The notes below the pieces were generated by a model, which saw only the letters and a list, made by a program, of their open reading frames with translations, did no database searches and was not told where the DNA came from. Of a stretch of 64,000 bases of DNA, positions 21,201 through 29,962 are shown piece after piece. Both the position numbers and the translations under genes were made by a program. The stretch is from Candidatus Multivoradales bacterium (GTDB lineage: Bacteria > Acidobacteriota > Thermoanaerobaculia > Multivoradales > JAHEKO01): assembly GCA_965223155.1 (NCBI GenBank), contig CBDCVR010000015.1, positions 1,024,001-1,088,000 of the forward strand, in the 5' to 3' direction. Numbering within the stretch: the first letter of the stretch is position 1; each line of letters opens with the position of its first letter.

Positions 21201-21710
21201 ATGCTGGCTGAGACCGCGTTTCGCCCCCGCTACCGGCTGGGCGTGGTGGGCGCCTGGGTGCGGCTCGCGGAGATCCTCCTAGGAACCGACCTGGGCCGGG
21301 TGCGGCTGGAAGGCGGCACGGTGGCCCGGGCGCTCGCACGCCTCTGCGGCGCCCAGGCGGTGACCCTGGGCTCGCGGGTGGTCTTTGCCCGGGAGGCCTG
21401 GCGGGACCTCCAGGCGGGCCGCGACCGAGGCCTGGCCCTGGTGTTTCACGAGCTCGCCCACGTGGCTCAGATCCGGCGCCTGGGCCGATTCGGCCTGGCG
21501 CGGTTTCTGGGGCGCTATCTGGGCGAGTACTTGGCCGGTCGAGTCCGGGGGCTGAACCATGGCGCCGCCTACCGGGCGATTTCGTTCGAGCGCGAGGCGC
21601 ATGCGCTCGAGGCCCGGGCTCTCTGCTGGATCGAAGCGGGAGTGCTGACACCCGCGGTGGGCCGCGGGTCGGCCGCCGTCCGGCCTGGAGGCGAAGGACG
21701 CCAGAGCTAG
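21201..21710 (+). CDS. DUF4157-like HExxH protein
   Basis: AQAVTLGSRVVF...LVFHELAHVAQ...ISFEREA. Confidence 0.7.
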   Translation: MLAETAFRPRYRLGVVGAWVRLAEILLGTDLGRVRLEGGTVARALARLCGAQAVTLGSRVVFAREAWRDLQAGRDRGLALVFHELAHVAQIRRLGRFGLARFLGRYLGEYLAGRVRGLNHGAAYRAISFEREAHALEARALCWIEAGVLTPAVGRGSAAVRPGGEGRQS

Positions 21711-22315
21711 AGATTTCGCCGTCCGAGGAGCGAGCGCGCCAGGGTGACCTCGTCGGTGTACTCGATGTCCCCGCCCACCGGCATGCCGAAGGCTAGGCGC
21801 GAGACCTTGAGGTCGCGGTCGGCGAGGAGGCGCGCCAGGTAAAGGGCCGTCGCTTCTCCTTCGACGTCCGGGTTGGTCGCCAGAATCACCTCGGCGACGC
21901 CTTCGAGCCGGTCTAGGAGCTCGTCGACGCGGAGCTCGCCCGGGCCGACGCCGCGCTGGGGCGAGAGCACCCCGTCCAAGACATGGTAGAGGCCGCGATA
22001 CTCACCGGTGCGTTCGAGCGGCAGGATGTTGAACGGCTGTTCGACCACGCACAGGACGGAGCCGTCCCGGCTGGGGTCGGAGCAGTACCGGCAGGGATCC
22101 TCTTCGGTCAGCGAGAAACACGTCGAGCAGGAGCGGAGCCGATCCTTGACCTCGACCAGAGCGCGGGCAAGCTCTTCGGCCCGCGAGCGGTCGGCCTTGA
22201 CTACGTGCTGAGCCAGGCGTACGGCGGTCTTGGGTCCGATGCCCGGTAACCGGGCGAGTTCGGCCACCAGATGGCCGAAGGGATCTCTCGGGGTTGCTGG
22301 AGTTGTCGGTGGCAT
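21707..22315 (-). CDS. recR: Recombination protein RecR
   Basis: LPGIGPKTA, C4 zinc finger, EVILATNPDVEGEATA. Confidence 0.97.
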   Translation of the reverse strand: MPPTTPATPRDPFGHLVAELARLPGIGPKTAVRLAQHVVKADRSRAEELARALVEVKDRLRSCSTCFSLTEEDPCRYCSDPSRDGSVLCVVEQPFNILPLERTGEYRGLYHVLDGVLSPQRGVGPGELRVDELLDRLEGVAEVILATNPDVEGEATALYLARLLADRDLKVSRLAFGMPVGGDIEYTDEVTLARSLLGRRNL

Positions 22316-22362
22316 GCTCTAGGCTTTGAGCCGTCGCCGCGATGTCGCGACAAGGCGGGCCG

Positions 22363-22656
22363 TCAGAAGAGGCCCGGAAGGCCCCCTCCGAGGTTGCCGA
22401 CCGAGCTCTGGACCGCCTCATCGACCTTGCGGGTGGCGTCGTTGACGGCGGCCAGAACCAGGTCCGCGAGCATGTCGGCGTCGTCCCCGGACAGAACCTC
22501 GGGGTCGATCGTGACCGACAGAAGCTCCTTCTTGCCGTTCATGGTCACCGTCACCATGCCGCCGCCGGCGCTCGATTCGATCGAGAGGTCGGCCAGCTCG
22601 CGCTCGAGCTGAGCCTGCATCTGCTGGGCCTGTTTCATGAGTTGCTTGATCTTCAT
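22363..22656 (-). CDS. ybaB: YbaB/EbfC nucleoid-associated protein
   Basis: MKQAQQMQ...SAGGGMVTV...DLVLAAVNDA; lies between dnaX and recR. Confidence 0.95.
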   Translation of the reverse strand: MKIKQLMKQAQQMQAQLERELADLSIESSAGGGMVTVTMNGKKELLSVTIDPEVLSGDDADMLADLVLAAVNDATRKVDEAVQSSVGNLGGGLPGLF

Positions 22657-22727
22657 CGTCGGTCTCGCTCGTTTGCAGTCTAAGGAAAGGGGCCGCGCGT
22701 CAGAGCAAAGCGGCGGCCGTGGACTCT

Positions 22728-24668
22728 TCAGTCGGTCTCGGTTGGCTCGACGGATTCGATCGAGCCGCCGAAGATATCCAAGACGGCTTGGACCCGGGGG
22801 TCGTCGACCCGGGGCGGCTGGGCGTCCTGGAATCCGGTCTGAACGCCGCCGGCACCGCCTTCGCTCGCTTCGGGGGTTCCCGCCGCCGGGGCGTCGATGA
22901 GGCGCCAGGCGGAACCGGCACCCCAAGTCGCGGCCAGCGCGGCTTCGAGAATCTTCTTGTTGGAGGTTCGGGCCAGCCGGTCCCGCAGCCAGGTGTCCCC
23001 GGCCTCGACCGCGATCTCGAGGGTTCCGTCGCGGAAGGCGAGCGAGCGGGCGCCGCTCAAGTGGGCCGCGAGCGCCTGGCGTTCCTTGCTCACCCGAGCC
23101 ACGAAGCCTTCGACGTTGGCGCCGAAACCGTTGCCCTCGTCTGCGGGCCCGCTCGCGCTCCCGGGTGCCCCGTCGGTCTTCGCCGATGCCGGAGCCGATG
23201 CCGGAGCCGCCACCGCAGCTTCTTCTCCGAGAGGCGGAGGCGTGTCGGCCGCGGGTGCGGCTCGGTCGCTCGCCAGCTCCGGGCCACGGTCCGTTGTCGA
23301 CTCGGCCGCCCGGGGCGGTTCGGCCTCCTCCGTCTCTTGGGCCCGCTTGGTGGGCTTGGCCGGCTCTGCTGGCTCAGCTGGCTTCGCTGGCTTCGATAAC
23401 CCGGCTGGCTCAGCTGGCTCCGATGCCCCGGGCGGTGGCGCCGGGCGCGCCTTCCGGGCCGGCCTCGGGGCGGCGGCGGCGCGCATCTTCGAGCCTTCGC
23501 CGCTTCCAGGGCTCTTGGCCGCCGGGTCGGCTTCGAGCAGAGGACCTGAGCCGCCGCTCAGAAGCTCCTCGATCGCGACCAGCCGAGGCAACTCGGCGGC
23601 GCGCAGCCAGGCGATCTCGAGGGCCAGCGAGGCGCTCTCGCTCCGACGCACCGACTCCTCGCTTTGGAGGAGCAAGTAGATGGCGCGCAGGAGGTTCTCG
23701 TAGCCGACCCCCTGGGCCAGCTTGCGCAGGGCTTCGGCCGCTTCGCCCGTGGTCTCGAGCTGGGAGGTGTCCGTGCCCAGCGCCAGACGCAGGGCCATGC
23801 GGCAGTACGCCAGGAACTCGGAGAAGACGAAGCGCGGATCCCAGCCTTCGGTCTCGATGCGGCTCACGACCTCCGAAAGGTGCGCGCCGTCGCCCTTGGC
23901 GATCGCTTCCAGAACCCCGTGAAAGATTTCCGGGTCGAGCCCGCCCAGGAGCCGGGCCGCGTCGTCGTCTTCAATCGAGCCCGAGCCGAAGGTGGCGAGC
24001 TGATCCAAGAGCGCCACGCTGTCGCGGACCGAGCCGTCGCCGGCGCGGGCGATGATCCGGAGCGCCGCTGGCCCCACGGCGATCTCCTCGGATCCGGCCA
24101 GGAAGGCCAGATGCTCGGCCAGCTCGTCGAGCGCGACCCGGCGAAAGCGAAAATCCTGGCACCGGGACAAGAGCGTCGCCGGCACCGCGTCGGCCTCGGT
24201 GGTGGCGAAGATGAAGACCAGGTGGTCGGGGGGCTCCTCGACGATCTTGAGCAGGGCGTCGAAGGCCTGGCGCGAGAGGCGGTGGATCTCGTCCAGGATC
24301 ACGACCTTGTAGCGGTCCCGCGCCGGGCCGTACTTGAGGCTCTCGTTCAGCTCGCGCACCTGCTCGACCTTTGAGTAGGTGGCGGCGTCGTGCTCGATGA
24401 CGTCGAAATCCGAACCGCCGGTGATCTCGCGGCAGGTCGCGCAGTCGTTACAGGGATTCGCCGCCGGGCCGTTTTCGCAGTTGAGCGCCTTGGCCAGGAT
24501 GCGCGCGACGCTGGTCTTGCCGACGCCGCGGATGCCCGAGAAGAGATACGCCTGGGCGATGCGGCCATCCGAAAGCGCGTTCTGGAGCGCCCTCACGACC
24601 GGAGCCTGCCCGACGACGCTGTCGAAATCTTGCGGCCGCCACTTGCGGGCCAGGACCTGGTAGCTCAT
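22728..24668 (-). CDS. dnaX: DNA polymerase III subunit gamma/tau
   Basis: MSYQVLARKWRPQ, GIRGVGKT, ILDEIH, LLKIVEEPP, SRC; Pro/Ala-rich linker. Confidence 0.97.
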   Translation of the reverse strand: MSYQVLARKWRPQDFDSVVGQAPVVRALQNALSDGRIAQAYLFSGIRGVGKTSVARILAKALNCENGPAANPCNDCATCREITGGSDFDVIEHDAATYSKVEQVRELNESLKYGPARDRYKVVILDEIHRLSRQAFDALLKIVEEPPDHLVFIFATTEADAVPATLLSRCQDFRFRRVALDELAEHLAFLAGSEEIAVGPAALRIIARAGDGSVRDSVALLDQLATFGSGSIEDDDAARLLGGLDPEIFHGVLEAIAKGDGAHLSEVVSRIETEGWDPRFVFSEFLAYCRMALRLALGTDTSQLETTGEAAEALRKLAQGVGYENLLRAIYLLLQSEESVRRSESASLALEIAWLRAAELPRLVAIEELLSGGSGPLLEADPAAKSPGSGEGSKMRAAAAPRPARKARPAPPPGASEPAEPAGLSKPAKPAEPAEPAKPTKRAQETEEAEPPRAAESTTDRGPELASDRAAPAADTPPPLGEEAAVAAPASAPASAKTDGAPGSASGPADEGNGFGANVEGFVARVSKERQALAAHLSGARSLAFRDGTLEIAVEAGDTWLRDRLARTSNKKILEAALAATWGAGSAWRLIDAPAAGTPEASEGGAGGVQTGFQDAQPPRVDDPRVQAVLDIFGGSIESVEPTETD

Positions 24669-24690
24669 CGATAGACGAGGACAGAAGGCG

Positions 24691-24800
24691 ACGAAGGGTT
24701 CCGGCAGATCTGCGGCACCCGACCCAACGCCTTATCGCTGCTCCCTTCCGGGCCTGACGAGGTTCGTCGCGGGTCGCTGCACAGGGCCCGAACCCTTCGT
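24691..24800 (-). ncRNA. ffs: SRP RNA (4.5S, small bacterial type)
   Basis: Minus strand TCAGGCCCGGAAGGGAGCAGC (domain IV) within a long hairpin, upstream of dnaX. Ends approximate. Confidence 0.92.
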
Positions 24801-24900
24801 GGCCTTCTGCCCGGTCTCATGCTACACGGTTTTCCCACCCTCTGCCTTCCGCTACACTACCCCGCCCGGCGTCCCCGGCAGGGGCGACGGAGGAGGACCT

Positions 24901-25362
24901 TTGAACGACGAGCGCTTCATGGCCGAGGCCCTGGCCGAAGCCAGACGGGGGGAGGCACTAGGCGAGGTTCCGGTGGGCGCGGTCATCGTTCGCGGCGATC
25001 GCGTCATCGGGAGGGGCGGCAACCGGCGCGAGCGCGACGGCGACCCTCTGGCGCACGCCGAGCTCCGGGCGATCGCCTCGGCGGTCTCCGAGCTGCCGAG
25101 CTGGCGCTTCGAAGGGTGTACGATGTTTGTCACCCTGGAGCCGTGTGCGATGTGCGCGGGGGCTTTGACAAACAGCCGGTTCGACCGGCTCGTCTTCGGA
25201 GCATGGGACCCCAAGGCCGGGTTTTGCGGCAGCCTGGGAAATCTGGTCGAGGACGAGCGGCTGAACCACCGGCTTGAGGTTCGGGCGGGCGTGCTGGCGG
25301 ACGAGTGCGGCAAACTGCTGACCGACTTCTTCGTCCGGCTCCGCGACCGCCGAGCTCATTGA
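24901..25362 (+). CDS. tadA: tRNA adenosine deaminase
   Basis: EVPVGAV, AHAE, TLEPCAMC; TTG start after GGAGGA. Confidence 0.93.
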   Translation: MNDERFMAEALAEARRGEALGEVPVGAVIVRGDRVIGRGGNRRERDGDPLAHAELRAIASAVSELPSWRFEGCTMFVTLEPCAMCAGALTNSRFDRLVFGAWDPKAGFCGSLGNLVEDERLNHRLEVRAGVLADECGKLLTDFFVRLRDRRAH

Positions 25363-25374
25363 GTTTCGTTTCGA

Positions 25375-25465
<91 letters not shown>

Positions 25466-25477
25466 TGGCTTCTCGTG

Positions 25478-25662
25478 GAGAAGCCCTGGCGTCGCGGGTG
25501 CGCTTCGGTCGCGTCCCTCCGGGTTGCCTTGGATTGGGGCAGGCCTCGAGCCAGCGTGCGCCCGAATGAGCTTGGAGCGAATCCCGGTCTTTAGGATTCT
25601 GGAGATGGCGGTGTCTCGGTACTTGACCGAGAAGCCCTGGCGTCGCGGGTGCGCTTCGGTCG
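25478..25662. repeat. Perfect 34-bp direct repeat, two copies (25478-25511 and 25629-25662)
   Basis: GAGAAGCCCTGGCGTCGCGGGTGCGCTTCGGTCG occurs twice between the tRNA genes. Confidence 0.9.
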
Positions 25663-25844
25663 AGTCCGACAAGGAATGTCGTGTGTACGGCGTCCGCGCG
25701 AGCTGAGCGCAAGACTGAGCCGTTGGGCTGGGCCGAGTTGAAGAGGGTTCCAGGGGACGCCGGAGCGCGAGTCCTTTCGACTCGGAGGCGAAATCCCGTA
25801 AACTCGCCGTCCGGCGCGCGCCGCCGGCTGTTCTATCGACCGTA

Positions 25845-25934
25845 GGAGAGGTGCCGGAGTGGTCGAACGGGGCGGTCTCGAAAACCGTTGACCGTGCAAG
25901 CGGTCCGTGGGTTCGAATCCCACCCTCTCCGCCA
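25845..25934 (+). tRNA. tRNA-Ser (CGA)
   Basis: GGAGAGG acceptor, anticodon arm GCGGT-CTCGAAA-ACCGT, long variable arm, CCA end. Confidence 0.97.
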
Positions 25935-26110
25935 TGCCTTCCTCTGAGACACCATGGCTTGGAGCGCTCAGAGGAGGAGTGCAAAGCGGAGGCTGAGAAG
26001 GCACTCTGGCGTTGAGAGTCGGAGGACGTGCTACCCTGACAAGGGCGCAAGCTGAGCGTAAGAAGGGCCGATCCTGTAGTAGAATGAAGCAAGCAGAATC
26101 CAAAGTGCAG

Positions 26111-26803
26111 ATGTCTTCTCTTCTAGGAATGGGGATCTACTCGGTTCCTGAAGCCGCACGGCTCGCTGGAACCAGTGCACAAGTCATTCATCGTTGGCTT
26201 TGGGGGTACCGGTACCGTTTCGCAGGAAACCTGTTTCATTCTGAGCCGCTGTGGAAACCTGAGCTTCCAGACCTGGATGGGGACCGCGCGGTCAGCTTTC
26301 GAGATCTCATGGAAATTCGTTTCGTTCAGACCTTTCGGTCCCATGGGGTGAGTCTGCAGTCGATTCGGCGTGCCCTGGCTCGGGCGAAAGAACTCTGGGA
26401 AGACGACGAGTATCCTTTCCTGTCGCTCAAGTTCAAGAGCGATGGGAAGGCGATTTTCGCTGCTGCCGCGAAGAACCGAGATGAAGAAGAGATAGTGTTC
26501 AACGTATTGACCGGCCAGCTGTTCGAGGAGCGCTTCCTGCAACGGCCGCTGTACGAAGGCCTTGAGTACGATCATTTCGACAAGCTTCGTCGTTGGTGGC
26601 CCCTGGGCCTAGACAGAAGTATCGTTCTTGACCCGAAGCGGCGATTCGGCCAGCCAATTACCAAAGAAGAGGGCGTCCCAACGAAAGTACTGGCGGCAGC
26701 GTTTATCGCGGATCGGTCAAGACACGCTGTGGCAGATTGGTACCAAGTTGGCGTACAGGCCGTTGACGATGCGGTGGAGTTTGAACAGCTGTTGGCCGCG
26801 TGA
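26111..26803 (+). CDS. Putative antitoxin (N-terminal HTH plus DUF433, VapB45-like)
   Basis: GIYSVPEAARL, SFRDLMEIRFV, IVLDPKRRFGQP...GVPT...VADWY. Alternative start at 26084. Confidence 0.8.
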   Translation: MSSLLGMGIYSVPEAARLAGTSAQVIHRWLWGYRYRFAGNLFHSEPLWKPELPDLDGDRAVSFRDLMEIRFVQTFRSHGVSLQSIRRALARAKELWEDDEYPFLSLKFKSDGKAIFAAAAKNRDEEEIVFNVLTGQLFEERFLQRPLYEGLEYDHFDKLRRWWPLGLDRSIVLDPKRRFGQPITKEEGVPTKVLAAAFIADRSRHAVADWYQVGVQAVDDAVEFEQLLAA

Positions 26804-27189
26804 GGTTCTTTTTCGACAACGATCTGCCTCCAGCATGGCCGGTCATGTTGGGCGCTCTTTATTCACCCGAGGGCCATGAGTTTCAGCACCTTCGAGACAA
26901 GTTCGACCCTGGCGACACCGATGAGGAGTGGATACCGAGACTGGCTGCCGAGGGCGAATGGATTGTTGTATCGGGAGACTTCGGAATTCGATCCAAGAGG
27001 ACTTGGCTTGCGGCCGGATTGACCACCTTCTTCTTGAATCGTTCCTGGTTCAAGAACGAGACGCTTGCTCGTCACGACATGAGCTGGCGCCTGCTAAAGC
27101 TCTGGCCGGAGATTGTTAGGCGCGCAGAGAAAGCCAGGGCGGGTACCGGTTTCCGAGTCCGACTTCGCGGTGGGATCATTACCTTCTAG
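26800..27189 (+). CDS. PIN-like domain toxin (VapC45/PIN_10-like)
   Basis: MRFFFDNDLP, DEEWI, WIVVSGD; GTGA overlap with the antitoxin. Confidence 0.8.
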   Translation: MRFFFDNDLPPAWPVMLGALYSPEGHEFQHLRDKFDPGDTDEEWIPRLAAEGEWIVVSGDFGIRSKRTWLAAGLTTFFLNRSWFKNETLARHDMSWRLLKLWPEIVRRAEKARAGTGFRVRLRGGIITF

Positions 27190-27203
27190 CCCACGGCAGC
27201 GCC

Positions 27204-27233
27204 TTGACCCCGCTCTGTAAGGTCCGGTAGATT
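27204..27233 (+). promoter_or_regulatory. Putative sigma70 promoter of the rpmH operon
   Basis: TTGACC-18 nt-TAGATT upstream of rpmH. Confidence 0.5.
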
Positions 27234-27289
27234 CACGGATTGCGCCGCCTCGGCGCTATGAATACGAGTGAACTGTCGGGAATAGAACC

Positions 27290-27424
27290 GTGAAACGTAC
27301 GTATCAGCCCAACAATCGTCGCCGCAAGAAGAAGCACGGCTTTCGTGCCCGGATGCGCACCCGCCAGGGGCGCGCCGTGTTGTCGCGTCGTCGAGCCAAG
27401 GGCCGCAAGCGCCTGTCCGTATAG
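27290..27424 (+). CDS. rpmH: 50S ribosomal protein L34 (absent from the ORF track)
   Basis: Manual translation: [44 protein letters not shown]. Confidence 0.98.
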   Translation: MKRTYQPNNRRRKKKHGFRARMRTRQGRAVLSRRRAKGRKRLSV

Positions 27425-27427
27425 CCG

Positions 27428-27823
27428 ATGTCCTCCGAGCGAGCTTCGTCTCGTTCGAGTGAGTCGTTACGGCCGGCGGAGCGATTGCGGCGCCGGCAGG
27501 ACTATCGCGAGTGCTATCAGCGCGGACGTCGAAGGTTCGGAACCCACCTGACCGTCTTTTTCAACGAGAACCAGTTAGCGCACCCGCGACTCGGCATGAC
27601 CGTCAGCCGCAAGGTGGGCAAGGCGGTGGTCAGGTCTCGACTTAAGCGCGCGTTCCGAGAGATCTACAGGCGATGGCCACGACGTACCGAGTTGCCGGGA
27701 TTGGATCTGGTGATCCACGCCAAGCCGTCCTCGGCATCGGCGACCTTTGCCGAGCTCCGGACCGACCTCGAAACGCAGCTTTCGGCGCTGGCGGGCCGGA
27801 GGCGCGGCGGCCGAACCTCCTAG
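27428..27823 (+). CDS. rnpA: RNase P protein component
   Basis: RLGMTVSRKVGKAVVRSRLKR; follows rpmH. Confidence 0.95.
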   Translation: MSSERASSRSSESLRPAERLRRRQDYRECYQRGRRRFGTHLTVFFNENQLAHPRLGMTVSRKVGKAVVRSRLKRAFREIYRRWPRRTELPGLDLVIHAKPSSASATFAELRTDLETQLSALAGRRRGGRTS

Positions 27824-28026
27824 CGCGGGCGTCGGCGGCGGTTCTGATCGGTTACAAACGGTTCGTCTCGCCGCTCTTGCCACGGGCCTGCCGCTTCTCG
27901 CCGAGCTGCTCCGAGTACGCGCGGCTCGCGATCTTGAAATACGGCTTGATTCGGGGGAGCTGGAAGGCCCTGGGCCGCCTCCTCCGTTGCCATCCCTTGC
28001 ATCCGGGAGGCGTCGACCTGCCCTGA
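27820..28026 (+). CDS. yidD: Membrane protein insertion efficiency factor YidD (start unresolved; only in-frame ATG is at 27673)
   Basis: YKRFVSPLLPRACRFSPSCSEY...RLLRCHPLHPGGVD. Confidence 0.9.
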   Translation, partial: LARASAAVLIGYKRFVSPLLPRACRFSPSCSEYARLAILKYGLIRGSWKALGRLLRCHPLHPGGVDLP

Positions 28027-28100
28027 CGGGCGCCCTTGCGGCGCCCACACGGTAGTGAAGAAGCCCGGACGTTCTCGAAGCACCAGAGCAAAGGTACCCA

Positions 28101-29945
28101 TTGGATAACAAGCGTCTTTTTCTCGCCGCCCTGCTTTCGGTCGCGGTGCTCCTTCTCTGGCAGAACCTCTTTCCGGTCGAGCCGGTGCCCTCGGGCGCGC
28201 CCCCGGGACAGGAGGCTCCGGTAGCAACGCCGGCACCCCCGGCATCCGAGGAAGCGCCCGCGGAGCGCGACCCAGCCGGTGCCGGAGAGAGCTCCGGCGC
28301 GGGTGACGAAGGGGCCACAGGTGGGGACTCGGAGGCCGGCGCTTCCGATGGCGAGAGCGTGGAGCCAGCGGACCCGGATCCGGCGGAAGCTCCCGCGGTC
28401 GCCGCATCGTCCGAGTCCACCCATGTGCTCGAAAGCGACCGGTATCGGGCCACGTTCTCGAATCGCGGGGCGCAGCTCGTCTCGTTCGTTCTCAAGAACC
28501 ACTCCGATGGGCGCAACGGCGGCTCGACCGGGGTGAACCTGGTTAAGCGCCGCCGGAGCGAGCTCTATCCGTTCGGGGTCGCCGGCACCGATGGACGCGG
28601 TCTGGCTCTGAACGAAGCGCTTTTCGAGGTGACCGAGGACGGCGACGAGCTTCGATTCACCTATTCGGGTCCGCTCGGGCGGGCCGAAAAGAGCTTTGCG
28701 ATCGGCGATGAAGGGCTCCTGCTGGTACGGGCCGAGGTGTCGGGTGAGAGCGATTGGGCGCTCTACTTCGGCCCGGGGCTCCGGAATCCTTCGGCCCAGG
28801 AGCTCGAGAGCCGTTTCTCGCGGCGGACCGCCGTCTACTATCAGGACGGCGAAGTCGAGCGCCAGGACTCGGTCAAGACCGACGAGGTCCGAAGGGTGGC
28901 CGCGAGCGGTCTGGGTTGGATCGGCCTGGAAGACACCTATTTCGCTTCGATCTGGGTGCCGACGGAAGCTCTGGCGGGTGCCGAGATCCGGCCGGTCTGG
29001 GGTCGGGTTTCGACGGAGGACGACGGACCGGTCTTCGAGGAAGTGGCGGCGGCCGAGCGCGAGGACGACGACGTCGCGCGCGAGCTCGAGCTTCTGATCT
29101 TCCCGGCTGGAGCCGCGCTCGAGGGGAATGCCTTTCTCGGGGCCAAGGAGTACGCGCGGCTGTCGAAGCTTCCCTACAACCTCAAGGAAGCGGTGAACCT
29201 GGGCTTTTTCGCGGTGCTGGCGCGTCCGCTCTTGGCGGGGCTGCGCTGGATCCACGACAACGTCACCAGCAACTACGGCTGGGCCATCATCTTGATGACC
29301 CTGCTGATTCGCATCGTGCTCTTCCCGCTCACCCACAAGAGCTTCGTGTCGATGCAGAAGATGCAGGAGCTCAACCCGAAGGTCCAGGCCACCCGGAACA
29401 AGTATCGGGGCAAGCTCAAGGACAAGCAGGGTCGGCCCAACGTTGACATGCAGCGCAAGATGAACGAAGAGGTCATGGCGCTGTACAAGAAGGAAGGGGT
29501 GAATCCAGCCGGCGGGTGTCTGCCGATGCTGCTCCAGATTCCAGTGCTCTTCGCCTTCTACAACCTGCTCTCGGCGGCGGTCGAGCTTCGCCACGCCCCT
29601 TGGATTCTCTGGATCAAGGACCTCTCGGCGCCGGATCCGATCTATGCCCTGCCCATCATCATGGGTGCCAGCCAGTTCGTGCAGCAGAAGCTGACGCCGA
29701 CGGCGGCCGATCCGATGCAGCGTCGGATCTTCATGCTGATGCCGATTTTCTTTACCGTGCTCTTCCTGGGTTTCCCCAGCGGCCTGGTGCTCTACTGGTT
29801 GACCAACAATCTCCTGGGCATCGTCCAGCAGGGGGCGTACAAGAAGCTCCGCGCGCGTAAGGCCGCCGAGTCGTCGGCGCCCAAGAAGGGCAAGGGGACC
29901 AAGACCGACAAGGGCGCGAAGGACGCCAAATCGAAGAAGGCCTGA
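28101..29945 (+). CDS. yidC: Membrane protein insertase YidC
   Basis: NYGWAII, NPAGGCLPMLLQIP, WIKDLSAPDP, GLVLYW. Confidence 0.97.
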   Translation: MDNKRLFLAALLSVAVLLLWQNLFPVEPVPSGAPPGQEAPVATPAPPASEEAPAERDPAGAGESSGAGDEGATGGDSEAGASDGESVEPADPDPAEAPAVAASSESTHVLESDRYRATFSNRGAQLVSFVLKNHSDGRNGGSTGVNLVKRRRSELYPFGVAGTDGRGLALNEALFEVTEDGDELRFTYSGPLGRAEKSFAIGDEGLLLVRAEVSGESDWALYFGPGLRNPSAQELESRFSRRTAVYYQDGEVERQDSVKTDEVRRVAASGLGWIGLEDTYFASIWVPTEALAGAEIRPVWGRVSTEDDGPVFEEVAAAEREDDDVARELELLIFPAGAALEGNAFLGAKEYARLSKLPYNLKEAVNLGFFAVLARPLLAGLRWIHDNVTSNYGWAIILMTLLIRIVLFPLTHKSFVSMQKMQELNPKVQATRNKYRGKLKDKQGRPNVDMQRKMNEEVMALYKKEGVNPAGGCLPMLLQIPVLFAFYNLLSAAVELRHAPWILWIKDLSAPDPIYALPIIMGASQFVQQKLTPTAADPMQRRIFMLMPIFFTVLFLGFPSGLVLYWLTNNLLGIVQQGAYKKLRARKAAESSAPKKGKGTKTDKGAKDAKSKKA

Positions 29946-29962
29946 CGGCCGAGGAACGCGAT

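Noticed and set aside
25478-25662. CRISPR array
   Set aside because: Only two repeats with a 117-bp gap and no cas genes.
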